A stretch of DNA of 64,000 bases. Origin: an uncultured bacterium (GTDB lineage: Bacteria; Zixibacteria; MSB-5A5; CAIYYT01). Location of the stretch: contig CAVSCK010000004.1 of assembly GCA_963726455.1 (NCBI GenBank), positions 1,824,001-1,888,000 of the forward strand, written 5' to 3'. Below the pieces are notes generated by a model, which saw only the letters and a list, made by a program, of their open reading frames with translations, ran no database searches and was not told where the DNA came from. Below are positions 38,765 to 48,361 of this stretch, piece by piece (within the stretch, counting starts at the first letter, position 1; every line of letters begins with the position of its first letter). The translations under genes and the position numbers were made by a program.

Positions 38765-40420
38765 ATGAAAGGCGATACCTGGAAGATAGTAGTAACCCTT
38801 GTCTTAATAGTAGCGGCGGCGTACTATATTTGGCCAACCGTCAGCTATTTCTCGATGAGTGATGCAGCCAAGGAATCCATGAAAAAGGCTGATCCCGATG
38901 AATACGTGGCCTTGCAGAAGAAGGCCATCAAACTCGGGCTTGACCTGCAGGGCGGAATGCACGTCGTTCTCGAGGTTGACAAATCGCAACTCGACGAGAA
39001 CGCTGCCAAGGACGCAGTCGATCGGGCGTTGGAGATTATCCGCAATCGTATCGACCAGTTCGGCGTCGCCGAGCCGCTGATTCAGAAGCAGGGCAGCAAC
39101 CGCATTGCCGTCGATCTGCCGGCACTGCAGGACCCTGAGCGTGCGCGTAACCTCATTGGACAAACCGCCTTACTCGAATTCAAGCTGGTGGAAAGCCCGG
39201 AGAACACGCAGTCGATCGTCAACAAAATCGATAAAGTTGCGGCGAGTCTGAACCCAACATCCGCGACCACTGCCGAAAAACAGCCGGGAGCAACTGACTC
39301 CTTTGACAATCCGTTCGGCGACTCGGCAAAGACAACCACCGCGAGCACCGACTCCACCAAGGACTCGGCGGCAGCTGCCGAGGAAGGCGCCAGTGCTCTG
39401 ACGCAGTATCTTGAATTCAACGGCATCAACTATTCGGTTCAGGAATCCGACGTTGAAAAGGTCAAGGCGATCCTTGAAAATCCCGCTGTCAAATCGCTGA
39501 TCCCGTCCGACGATCAGATTGCCTGGAGCACGGCTACTGAACTCGTCGGCGGTCGCAAGATGCATTCGCTATACATCCTGAAAGGCAAAGTGGAATTGAG
39601 CGGCAGGCACCTGACGGACGCCAGACCCAATTACGACCAGTATCACAAACCAATCGTCGACTTCACGCTTGACCGCGAAGGAGGCAATACATTCGGACGA
39701 GTAACCGGACCGAACATCGGCAAGCCGTTGGCAATTCTGTTGGACGGCAAAGTCGAGTCGGCGCCGACTATTCGGGCGAAGATTCGCGATAAGGGCCAGA
39801 TTCAGATGGGTGGCCAGGCCACTTATTTTGAAGCTAAAGACCTTGCCACTGTTCTCCGCGCCGGCGCCCTGCCCGCCCCGGTCAAGATCGTTGAGAATAA
39901 CGTAGTCGGTCCGACTCTTGGTAAGGACTCCATCGATGCCGGCAAGACCGGATTGATGGTCGGGCTTCTCCTGATCATGGTATTCATGTTTTTCTATTAC
40001 CGCATGTCCGGGCTGCTGGCAGACTTTGTGTTGATGATCAATATCTTCTTCCTGCTAGCCATCATGGCCAGTCTGGGAGCTACGCTGACATTGCCCGGCA
40101 TCTCCGGTATCATTTTGACAATGGGGATCACGGTCGATGCCAACGTGCTCGTGTTCGAGCGTATTCGCGACGAGCTCCGAACGGGCAAGACGGTTCGAGC
40201 GGCAATAGATGCCGGCTACGACCGTGCCACCGTTACTATCATTGACAGTAACCTTACCACACTCATCGCCGCCGGCGTGCTTTATTACTTCGGCACCGGC
40301 CCGATCAAGGGTTTTGCCGTAACCCTGGGTGCGGGTATCATCATCTCTCTTTACACTTCGCTGATCGTCGGCAAAACGATCTTCGGCTATCGTCGTAAAG
40401 CCACATCGCTGAGTATCTGA
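38765..40420 (+). CDS. secD: Protein translocase subunit SecD
   Basis: LGLDLQGG, IIRNRIDQFGVAEP, LRAGALPAP, VGPTLG, TLTLPGI, DANVLVFERIRDE and GTGPIKGFA. Confidence 0.97.
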   Translation: MKGDTWKIVVTLVLIVAAAYYIWPTVSYFSMSDAAKESMKKADPDEYVALQKKAIKLGLDLQGGMHVVLEVDKSQLDENAAKDAVDRALEIIRNRIDQFGVAEPLIQKQGSNRIAVDLPALQDPERARNLIGQTALLEFKLVESPENTQSIVNKIDKVAASLNPTSATTAEKQPGATDSFDNPFGDSAKTTTASTDSTKDSAAAAEEGASALTQYLEFNGINYSVQESDVEKVKAILENPAVKSLIPSDDQIAWSTATELVGGRKMHSLYILKGKVELSGRHLTDARPNYDQYHKPIVDFTLDREGGNTFGRVTGPNIGKPLAILLDGKVESAPTIRAKIRDKGQIQMGGQATYFEAKDLATVLRAGALPAPVKIVENNVVGPTLGKDSIDAGKTGLMVGLLLIMVFMFFYYRMSGLLADFVLMINIFFLLAIMASLGATLTLPGISGIILTMGITVDANVLVFERIRDELRTGKTVRAAIDAGYDRATVTIIDSNLTTLIAAGVLYYFGTGPIKGFAVTLGAGIIISLYTSLIVGKTIFGYRRKATSLSI

Positions 40421-40438
40421 TCAGGAAGGAAGAAAGAA

Positions 40439-41377
40439 ATGAGACATATAGTAGGTAAAACCAACATTGACTTCGTAGGCATTCGCAATTATGCCTTCAT
40501 CTTTTCAGGGATCATGACCACCCTCGGTTTGATTTCACTGATTATCATAACTTTCGGACAGGCCAACCTGTCGATCGAGTTCTCCGGCGGAACCCTGATT
40601 CGCGGTTCGTTCACTAATCCCGTCACCGTCAACGAAATTCGCAATGTGCTGGCGACTCAGGGCGTTACCGATGCCACCATTCAACAGGTCATCACCAGTG
40701 ATCCTAGTGCGCCTTCCCAGTTCATTATTCGCGTGAAGACCGCGAGTGGCGGCGCACAGACCGAGCAAACGATGGCCAGGCAACTCCAAGACGCCCTTGA
40801 TCGTGCGCTGCCGAACAATCCCTTCAAACTCGACTCCGTGACGGAAATCGGTCCCACAGTCGGTAAGGAATTGCAGGCGCAGGCCCGCTGGGCAGTCGCC
40901 ATTGCCTTGCTCGGTATCCTGATTTACATCTGGGTGCGTTTCGACTTCCGCTTCTCGGTGGCGGCCACGGTTGCCACGTTCCATGACGTGTTTGCCGTGT
41001 TGGGATTCATGTTCATCATGCAGCGCGAAATCTCGCTCTTGGTGGTGACGGCAATTCTAACATTGGCGGGTTATTCGGTCACGGATACCGTGGTGGTGTT
41101 CGATCGAATCCGCGAGAATCTGAAAATGTTCCGCAAGAAAGGTGACTTCGTGGCGGCTGTCAACAGCTCGATCAACGAGGTTCTCTCACGTACGTTGATC
41201 ACCTCGCTGACCGCCTTTGTGTCGGTGCTGGTGATTCTCTTCCTCTGCGGGCCGGTCGTGCGTGATTTCGCCATGGCGCTGGCATTCGGCATTATCATCG
41301 GAACTTATTCATCGATCTTTGTCGCTTCGCCGATATTGGTTGTTTGGGAAGCCAAATCGCCCAAGCGATTCAAATAA
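40439..41377 (+). CDS. secF: Protein translocase subunit SecF
   Basis: SIEFSGG, IGPTVG.EL, FHDV, GYSV.DTVVVFDRIREN and GTYSSIFVASP; directly follows secD. Confidence 0.97.
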   Translation: MRHIVGKTNIDFVGIRNYAFIFSGIMTTLGLISLIIITFGQANLSIEFSGGTLIRGSFTNPVTVNEIRNVLATQGVTDATIQQVITSDPSAPSQFIIRVKTASGGAQTEQTMARQLQDALDRALPNNPFKLDSVTEIGPTVGKELQAQARWAVAIALLGILIYIWVRFDFRFSVAATVATFHDVFAVLGFMFIMQREISLLVVTAILTLAGYSVTDTVVVFDRIRENLKMFRKKGDFVAAVNSSINEVLSRTLITSLTAFVSVLVILFLCGPVVRDFAMALAFGIIIGTYSSIFVASPILVVWEAKSPKRFK

Positions 41378-41394
41378 GCAGATTTGCTGGAATC

Positions 41395-41423
41395 AAGTCC
41401 CGCTCAACCGGCGGGACTTTTTT
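41395..41423 (+). terminator. Rho-independent terminator of secDF
   Basis: AAGTCCCGC-tcaaccg-GCGGGACTT followed by a T-run. Confidence 0.85.
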
Positions 41424-41459
41424 CTTAGTGTGCAATCATAGTATCAATTCCAATGGTGG

Positions 41460-41930
41460 GTGTTCGTCATGTCGTTGATCATCAAACTAGTCAAATTCAA
41501 TGCCTGGTACGCTCTCGCCTGCGGCATCTTCTGCCTGATGATCGCCTCAATAATAGTCGACAGCGCGCTGCTCTCGCTCGGCGTCCGGCCCGAACGAATC
41601 CTGCAGGATGAGACCTACTTGCTCGCCGTGAGTTTTGTCAGAATCGTCGGCATCCTCTTTATCGCCTACTCATTGGTCGTGCGCATGCTTCTCCGCCAGC
41701 ACTTCGATCTCGAAAACTTGCGTGCCGATTTCGCTTTGTGGGCGGCGGGACTACTGGTGTGGGGAGGAATATTCCTGATACTGATGTTTACGAAGAGCGC
41801 AATTCTCGCGTCCGCCTGTGGAATCGGACTGCTCGAATGGCTTCTGATACCTGCCGTGATGCTATTCTCTTACAAAAACACCGGCAACTGGAAACCGGCG
41901 CCGCGCCAGGAAAACGACACCACGCCATAG
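41460..41930 (+). CDS. Hypothetical membrane protein (about 4 TM)
   Basis: Hydrophobic ORF filling the gap between secF and the next operon; start uncertain. Confidence 0.6.
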   Translation: MFVMSLIIKLVKFNAWYALACGIFCLMIASIIVDSALLSLGVRPERILQDETYLLAVSFVRIVGILFIAYSLVVRMLLRQHFDLENLRADFALWAAGLLVWGGIFLILMFTKSAILASACGIGLLEWLLIPAVMLFSYKNTGNWKPAPRQENDTTP

Positions 41931-41989
41931 CTTCTTTCTCGATTAATTATCAGTGAGATTGCAGAACTCGGAGTAGCTGGTGCGAAATC

Positions 41990-44482
41990 CTATTCCTGCC
42001 ACTTGAGAACTTGTTGGCTATACTCTTCGGCCAGATTCTCGGCCTTGTCTCGCTGCTCGGATTCAGCCAACACCGTGAAATAGGCCTCGTTGCGATCCGG
42101 AGCAACCCAAATCCAGCCGGCGTTGTCCTGGAATCGCGCGCCGTCCACCAGTTGACGGCTCTTTCCTTCCGTATGCGTCATCAGCAGGCGCATGACTTGC
42201 CCCTTCTTCGACCACGGACACGGCACTTGTCGGCGAGCCCGGAAATACTTTTCGAATTCCTGTCGCAATACAGCCAGGTCAGTGTGCCTCTTGGCCAGCA
42301 TCTCCAGCAATTTGACAGATGCGAACATTCCATCAGCGCCCAGTTGGAACTTGGAGAAAATGAATCCGCCCCGGGTTCCGCCGACAAAGTCAACGCCTTC
42401 GTTCTTGAACGCCTGCATCATTGCCAGGTGGTCGTTCCGCACCCGCAGCACTCCGACTCCGTATTGTTCGGCGATCTGGTCGACGCCCATACTGGCCATC
42501 ACCGGCACCGCGATCTTCTTGGCCTGATAAGTGCTCAGGAATAATGATGTCACCAACAGCAACAGCAGTTGGTCGGAGATCACTTCGCCGTTGCGATCGA
42601 CTACGACAATCTTCTCAGCGCCTCTGCCGAGATGGATACCCAGATCAGCCCGCACCGACTTGACAATCGACGCCAACTGCTCCACCGAATGGTCGACGTT
42701 CTCGGCCTGGGCGGTCGGATCGGGGTAGGCGTTAAGCGATATTATTTCACAATGCAGCGCGGCGAAAATGCCTCCGAAGATTTCGGATGCGCCACCGTGC
42801 GAAAAATCGATAACCAACTTGAATTCGCGCTGCGCAATGGCATTTACATCTACCGCTTTTAGAAAGTCAGCCCGATACGATTCCAGAATCCGCGTTGGAT
42901 AATCCAACTGCCCAACCTTGTCGATTGACGCCCGGCGGAAATCCTCCCGAGCAAACAGCAGTTCGATTGAGCGCGCCTTGCGCGTAGGCATATCCATTCC
43001 GTCCGGACTCAGGAAGATGATATCCGTCATCCGGTAATCGGTCGGGTTATGGCGGACGTAAATGCCGCCCGCATGCTTTCCGCTCTTCAATTCGTATCGC
43101 ATTACCGGAATCGGCAATGTCCGCAGGTCTACCACATTAACACCGCACGACAACAGGCCGGAAATCAGCGCCCGCGAGAATATTCTGGAGGCCGCCGTAA
43201 CATCGCGGCTGACCACCACCGAATCGCTGCGATTGAGCGTCGCGCCGTATGCCGCGCCCAGTTTCGCCGCAAATTCCGGAGTCACTTCGATATTTCCCAG
43301 TCCGGAAACCTTCGACTCCGTGAACAATTCGCGATTCCACTTTTCGCCCCAGATCAATGACGACGATACAGTTGCTCCGGCTTCGACTTCCTTGCCCGGC
43401 CAGATCTTGCAGTTGGGCCGGACGCTCGAACCCTTGCGCAGCTTGACGCCCGTACTGATCACCACGTCCTCGTTGATCGCGACATCATCTTCGATAACAA
43501 CATTATCGCAGATGATCGCCTGCGATATCTGCGCGTTCTTTCCGATATTCGTATCTTGCCAGATTACGCTGTTGGTGATAACCGTATTCGTGTCCACCGT
43601 GCAGCGATCACCGATCACCGAATTGGTGATTACTGCCTCGGCCTCGATTGTTACTTCATCGCCGAGAATGACCGTGCCGACAAACTTCGCCGACGATTCC
43701 ACGTGAACATTCTTAGCAATCCAGATCGTTGCCTGCTCATGGCGAACCCGATTGTATTCGGTTTCGATGCGGACATCCCCGTTCAGCACGTCGGTATGCG
43801 CCTTACGATACTCCGAGAGATTGCCAATGTCCCGCCAGTAACCTTCAGCGATGTAGCCGAACAGATTCTCGCCGTCCTCCAGCATTTTGGGGAACAGATT
43901 CTGCGAGAAATCGAAAAACTCGCCCTTGGGAATGCGCTTGAAAACTTCCGGTTCCAGTATGTAGATGCCGGTATTTATCGTATCCGAAAAGACTTCGCCC
44001 CAGGTCGGCTTTTCGAGGAAGCGGGAAATTCGACCGTCCGGGTTCGTGATGACCACACCATACGCCAGCGGATTCTCCAGGCGAGTCAAAACCATTGTGG
44101 CAGCGGCGCCTTTCTTCTCGTGAAACGCAATCGCCTCCGCCAGGTCAAAATCAGTCAACACGTCGCCGGAAATTACCAGCACCCGCTCATTATGATAGAA
44201 TTCTTCGGCATTCCTGACTGATCCGGCTGTCCCCAGATCCTCCTCGGCGAGGAGATACTTCATGGATATTCCGAAATCGGTCCCGTCTTTGAAATACTGC
44301 TTTATTTCTTCCGGCTGGAAGTATAGGAGTGAGACGCAATCTGTGAGCGAATACTTCTTGAGGAGATTAATGATGTGGTGCAACATGGGCAGATTTGCCA
44401 CCGGAACCATTGGCTTGGGCAGCGTCTGCGTCAGCGGGCGTAGCCGGGTTCCAAACCCTCCCGCCATAATAACAGTCTTCAT
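41990..44482 (-). CDS. Bifunctional-type mannose-1-phosphate guanylyltransferase / phosphomannomutase-like protein
   Basis: MAGGFGTRLRPLT..LPKPMVP, FLEKP, INTGIY and YWRDIG; a left-handed beta-helix; a C-terminal phosphohexomutase fold. Confidence 0.9.
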   Translation of the reverse strand: MKTVIMAGGFGTRLRPLTQTLPKPMVPVANLPMLHHIINLLKKYSLTDCVSLLYFQPEEIKQYFKDGTDFGISMKYLLAEEDLGTAGSVRNAEEFYHNERVLVISGDVLTDFDLAEAIAFHEKKGAAATMVLTRLENPLAYGVVITNPDGRISRFLEKPTWGEVFSDTINTGIYILEPEVFKRIPKGEFFDFSQNLFPKMLEDGENLFGYIAEGYWRDIGNLSEYRKAHTDVLNGDVRIETEYNRVRHEQATIWIAKNVHVESSAKFVGTVILGDEVTIEAEAVITNSVIGDRCTVDTNTVITNSVIWQDTNIGKNAQISQAIICDNVVIEDDVAINEDVVISTGVKLRKGSSVRPNCKIWPGKEVEAGATVSSSLIWGEKWNRELFTESKVSGLGNIEVTPEFAAKLGAAYGATLNRSDSVVVSRDVTAASRIFSRALISGLLSCGVNVVDLRTLPIPVMRYELKSGKHAGGIYVRHNPTDYRMTDIIFLSPDGMDMPTRKARSIELLFAREDFRRASIDKVGQLDYPTRILESYRADFLKAVDVNAIAQREFKLVIDFSHGGASEIFGGIFAALHCEIISLNAYPDPTAQAENVDHSVEQLASIVKSVRADLGIHLGRGAEKIVVVDRNGEVISDQLLLLLVTSLFLSTYQAKKIAVPVMASMGVDQIAEQYGVGVLRVRNDHLAMMQAFKNEGVDFVGGTRGGFIFSKFQLGADGMFASVKLLEMLAKRHTDLAVLRQEFEKYFRARRQVPCPWSKKGQVMRLLMTHTEGKSRQLVDGARFQDNAGWIWVAPDRNEAYFTVLAESEQRDKAENLAEEYSQQVLKWQE

Positions 44483-44515
44483 GACCGACTAAATCCTATC
44501 CGTGGGAATAACAGT

Positions 44516-45163
44516 TTACAGCAACTCCTTCTCAATATGCTCGGCGACAGCAAAGAAATCCGTAAACGGCAGGCAGTCAACGGATTTTTCCCGACAGAGG
44601 GTCGCGAGATCACCGCGGGCGAAGATAATATCGGCGGCGCCCAGGGCGCAACGGTCGGAAAAACCATCACCTATAAAGATCGTCAGTTCGCCCTCTTGTC
44701 TTAAGGCCGCAATGCGCTCTCCTTTGCAGCAACCGCAAAAACCACAGCCATTTGCAAAATATGGAAACGAGGCATACATACTCCCATTTATGAAATGAGC
44801 CCGATTGGCGTGGATATCAAGCCCCTCCAGCCCGGCTCGCGCCAGAAACGCCTCAATATAGAAATCCAGCCCATCCGAAACAATATGCAGCGGCGCCTTG
44901 AGTGATCTTGCAAGATCGACAAACTCTCGAAAACCGGGCTGGATATCGATCCGCTCGACCGCCGCCAACATTTCCTGCCGGGACGCCGAGATATATGAAC
45001 ATTCCCGCTGCAAACACTCGCGCGAACTTATTTTCTGCTCCACCCACAGTTGGACAGTGCCCCGGTTCTTCTTATTGCTGAAGTAATTGAACAGCGACGC
45101 ACCAACATCCTTGGTCGAAATCGTTCCGTCGAAATCAGTAAAGATCCTGATCGGTGTCTTCAT
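44516..45163 (-). CDS. MtnX-like HAD-IB family phosphatase
   Basis: DFDGTI, IVSDG, CGCCK and FIGDGFSDRC motifs. Confidence 0.85.
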   Translation of the reverse strand: MKTPIRIFTDFDGTISTKDVGASLFNYFSNKKNRGTVQLWVEQKISSRECLQRECSYISASRQEMLAAVERIDIQPGFREFVDLARSLKAPLHIVSDGLDFYIEAFLARAGLEGLDIHANRAHFINGSMYASFPYFANGCGFCGCCKGERIAALRQEGELTIFIGDGFSDRCALGAADIIFARGDLATLCREKSVDCLPFTDFFAVAEHIEKELL

Positions 45164-45167
45164 CGTC

Positions 45168-45458
45168 CTAAACTAATACCAGGATCAGCCAGATCAACGT
45201 CAATACTGCGCCTGCGATGCCGGATGCCTTCTGCCTGCTGAAACACGCAACTACACTGAATACGCCAATCGCGATGGGAAGTGTGAGCAAATATACGCGC
45301 ACCATCAGCTTCGGCAGTTCGCCCGGATTCGCAGCACTATCCGCGCCGCTCAACACTACACTGATCGCGGCAATCACCAGCAAAATCAGAATTACTGCCC
45401 ACGCCACAGTATAAACGGTGGTCAGAGTTCTGTTATTGTCAGTTACTGGTTCCATCAC
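45168..45458 (-). CDS. Small hypothetical membrane protein
   Basis: Three hydrophobic segments; abuts both neighbours in the operon. Confidence 0.6.
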   Translation of the reverse strand: MMEPVTDNNRTLTTVYTVAWAVILILLVIAAISVVLSGADSAANPGELPKLMVRVYLLTLPIAIGVFSVVACFSRQKASGIAGAVLTLIWLILVLV

Positions 45459-46214
45459 TCAACTCGCAGATTTGATAATCATGTTGATTGCCGTGTATAT
45501 CAGTATCGCCGCAAACATCAGCTTAATATACAGCGATTCGATCCGATGAAATACTGCCGAGCCCAGATAAGCGCCTCCGATCGTACCCAGCGCCGTGAAC
45601 GGCACATAACCGAACGGCAAATTGCCTCGATCGACATACGGCAACACACCCACTGCCGCCGAGATACCCAACATCAACGTCGATGTTGCCACCGCTTGTT
45701 TCACTGTCTTTCCAAGACAAAGCTGCAAGATCGGAACTTGAACCACTCCGCCGCCGATACCCAGTAGTCCCACCATCGTACCTGCCACGCCCGAGGCACC
45801 AATCGCCACGGGAAAGCGCCTGATGTTTATTGCAGCGGCGGTCGCATTCGTACGGCTCGGCAGGAACATTGCCACAGCAGTAGCCAGCAAAACCATCGCA
45901 AACACGAATCCGATGATTGACGCGTCTATCACTCCCGCCAGATGTGCGCCAAAATATGAAGCCAGTATCGTCGGAATCTCAAGATACAGCGCCGCCTTGA
46001 CATCGACTAGTCCGCCGGGCAGGTACCGCATTGATGACGTCACCGATGTCGCCATAACGCTGCACAGGGACAGCGCCAGCGCCTGTATCAGCGGCATTTT
46101 GAATATTAATGTGAAGATCGGCACCAACAGGATGCCGCCGCCGACTCCCAGAATTGATGACAGCACGCCCACGCCCGCACACAGCCCGAACATCAATGCC
46201 AGATCGGCGGTCAC
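45459..46214 (-). CDS. Sulfite exporter TauE/SafE (TSUP) family protein
   Basis: Duplicated LGVGGG.LLVP / LGIGGG..QVP and AVATS motifs; highly hydrophobic. Confidence 0.9.
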   Translation of the reverse strand: MTADLALMFGLCAGVGVLSSILGVGGGILLVPIFTLIFKMPLIQALALSLCSVMATSVTSSMRYLPGGLVDVKAALYLEIPTILASYFGAHLAGVIDASIIGFVFAMVLLATAVAMFLPSRTNATAAAINIRRFPVAIGASGVAGTMVGLLGIGGGVVQVPILQLCLGKTVKQAVATSTLMLGISAAVGVLPYVDRGNLPFGYVPFTALGTIGGAYLGSAVFHRIESLYIKLMFAAILIYTAINMIIKSAS

Positions 46215-47638
46215 GAACGCAAACCTCTCAAATATGCCACAGCCGCCTGCAAGCAGTAATCGTCAAGTCGCAGACGCTCGGCGACTGTCGGCTCACCACC
46301 AACCTTGATCTGTTGTATATAGATGAGCAGGAAGTGCGTAATTTCGGGGCGATATTCGTTGATCTGCGCTTTCGGAAGCATATTGATGATTCTGCCGATA
46401 TCCTGAACTGATTGCCTCGCCTCGGGACTGCGCGCACTCAATTGCAGATCGCCGTATGCCTGTCGCAACGGATCGTACGAATAGCCCTGCTTGGCCAGAT
46501 AATCCGCAAATTCGTTGAATAGCTGCTCTTCGTCGCTCTTTGATGGCAGTGCTTCGTACGCCGATGCGGCCACAAAATCCAGGAAGTAGTTTCGATTTAG
46601 CAAGTCGACGGTAAGTCCGGACAACAAGGGCGGTTCGCACCTGATCTGCGGTCCAATTCTGCCACTTGAATCGACCCCTGCTTCCCCGGAGTCGGTCGAA
46701 TGGAAATCATTGCGCTGACCTCGGTGCACGTACAGACTTCTCCCCGACCTAAGCGGTATTACTTCCGTGCCTGCCTGCAATGAATTCTCTTCATTGCCGA
46801 AGATCAACGTCTTGTCCCTCTTCAACAATTCCACCGCCAGCAGTTCACCTTGTCGGCATGTCGTATGATCGACAAGCAATACCAGCGGCAACGTGCCGCG
46901 CAGGTCCAGAAACACTTTCGCCAGCTTATCAACATTACGCCCATCACCATCACTCGATTCACGCAGATCGACAACAACGCCTTGGGTCGAATCAACAACA
47001 CTGGCATGCAGACTATCTTCAACCGACTTTTCCAGCCGATCATTAAACTCGCGCAATCCACAGTAGACGATGTCATCAACTGCTGCCACCTCCACCGCCG
47101 GACCGCGCTCATTATTCGGGACAAGGACCTTGGCCGAGTCGAGCGTACCGCTACGTTTGAAATTTATCGAGATCGAATCCCCTCTCGCAGATGCAAGATG
47201 ATGCTCCAGGTTCGTTACTAACTGGCCGGTATCATGCTCGACTGCCGTCAACAGATCCCCTTGTCTTAGCGTGCCGAAGAACAATGATTTGCGTGACACG
47301 GCGACAACTTTGGCGGCGCCTTCTTCAAATGATAATGTCAGGCCCCAATTATCATTTCCACGTCCGGCATTGCTTTCCACCGTGTCGGAGGTCAACTCCA
47401 CGCGAAACGGCAGTGCCGCCTGCATTCCACGCCAGGCATCATTGAATACACTCTCGGCGGATAATTCACTGACGTATTGCTGCGCCATCAGGTCACTCTG
47501 TCGCGACAACTTCATCATGGCGCGAAACATCTCATCCGACGCGCACAGATATGACGCCACCGCTGCCAGCGCCAATGTAAGAACTGACAGAATGAACGAC
47601 GCTGTCGACTTAGCGCCAGAATTGTTCAGGGAGTTCAA
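46211..47638 (-). CDS. Divergent S41 (CtpA/Prc-like) protein, catalytic motifs apparently degenerate
   Basis: Signal/TM segment, PDZ-like region, VVVDLR, PLVLLVD, IPLRSG and GRIGP..I matching the order of S41A motifs. Confidence 0.5.
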   Translation of the reverse strand: MNSLNNSGAKSTASFILSVLTLALAAVASYLCASDEMFRAMMKLSRQSDLMAQQYVSELSAESVFNDAWRGMQAALPFRVELTSDTVESNAGRGNDNWGLTLSFEEGAAKVVAVSRKSLFFGTLRQGDLLTAVEHDTGQLVTNLEHHLASARGDSISINFKRSGTLDSAKVLVPNNERGPAVEVAAVDDIVYCGLREFNDRLEKSVEDSLHASVVDSTQGVVVDLRESSDGDGRNVDKLAKVFLDLRGTLPLVLLVDHTTCRQGELLAVELLKRDKTLIFGNEENSLQAGTEVIPLRSGRSLYVHRGQRNDFHSTDSGEAGVDSSGRIGPQIRCEPPLLSGLTVDLLNRNYFLDFVAASAYEALPSKSDEEQLFNEFADYLAKQGYSYDPLRQAYGDLQLSARSPEARQSVQDIGRIINMLPKAQINEYRPEITHFLLIYIQQIKVGGEPTVAERLRLDDYCLQAAVAYLRGLRS

Positions 47639-48266
47639 TCTTGCTCCTACGCAGGAATTGCAGCGTTAATTCGAGCACCTCTGCCCAAATCTGCTGCTCT
47701 GTCTGCTTGCCGTCAAGAACCTTGATTCTTCGCGGCTCGGCGGCGGCCAGCTTGCGAAAACCCTGTCGCACGCGTTGGTGGAATAGTGCCGACTCCGACT
47801 CCATGCGATCTTTGTCGCGTTTGAGCCGTTCATGCGCCCGTCGTTCCGGAAGGTCAACCAGGAAAGTCAGATCCGGTTTGATTCCACGCGTTGCCACTTC
47901 GTTCAGTTGCTTGACCAGCTTGAGATTGACGCCGCGTCCGTAGGCCTGATATGCTGCCGTCGAATCCGAGAATCTGTCGGCTATCACGATATTGCCACGC
48001 TTCAGTGCCGGCGCAATGACCTTGTCGATCAAGTCCGCTCTTGCCGCCAGGAACAACATGAGCTCGGTAAGATCCGACATCGCCAGCCGCTTGTCATTCA
48101 GTAGTACTTCGCGGACTGCCTCGGCCGCGCGCGTCCCTCCCGGCTCCCGGACGAACACGATATGGCACTTGTGCTGCCCAAAGTAATCCTTCAGCAGCCG
48201 CGCCTGCGTCGACTTCCCGGAACCGTCGATACCCTCAAAGCTGAGTAGCACACCACGCTGTTTCAC
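47610..48266 (-). CDS. tmk: Thymidylate kinase
   Basis: FEGIDGSGKSTQ, REPGGT, DRFSDST.AYQ.YGRG and PDLTFL.D. Confidence 0.97.
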   Translation of the reverse strand: MKQRGVLLSFEGIDGSGKSTQARLLKDYFGQHKCHIVFVREPGGTRAAEAVREVLLNDKRLAMSDLTELMLFLAARADLIDKVIAPALKRGNIVIADRFSDSTAAYQAYGRGVNLKLVKQLNEVATRGIKPDLTFLVDLPERRAHERLKRDKDRMESESALFHQRVRQGFRKLAAAEPRRIKVLDGKQTEQQIWAEVLELTLQFLRRSKIELPEQFWR

Positions 48267-48361
48267 GGCAGGAATATAGTCGACTTGAGTTTCAGATACC
48301 AGTCGATATTCTGATTCCGCGACTCCCCGTTGAAAGGGTATGGGAGTTCTTGGGTGCTATA

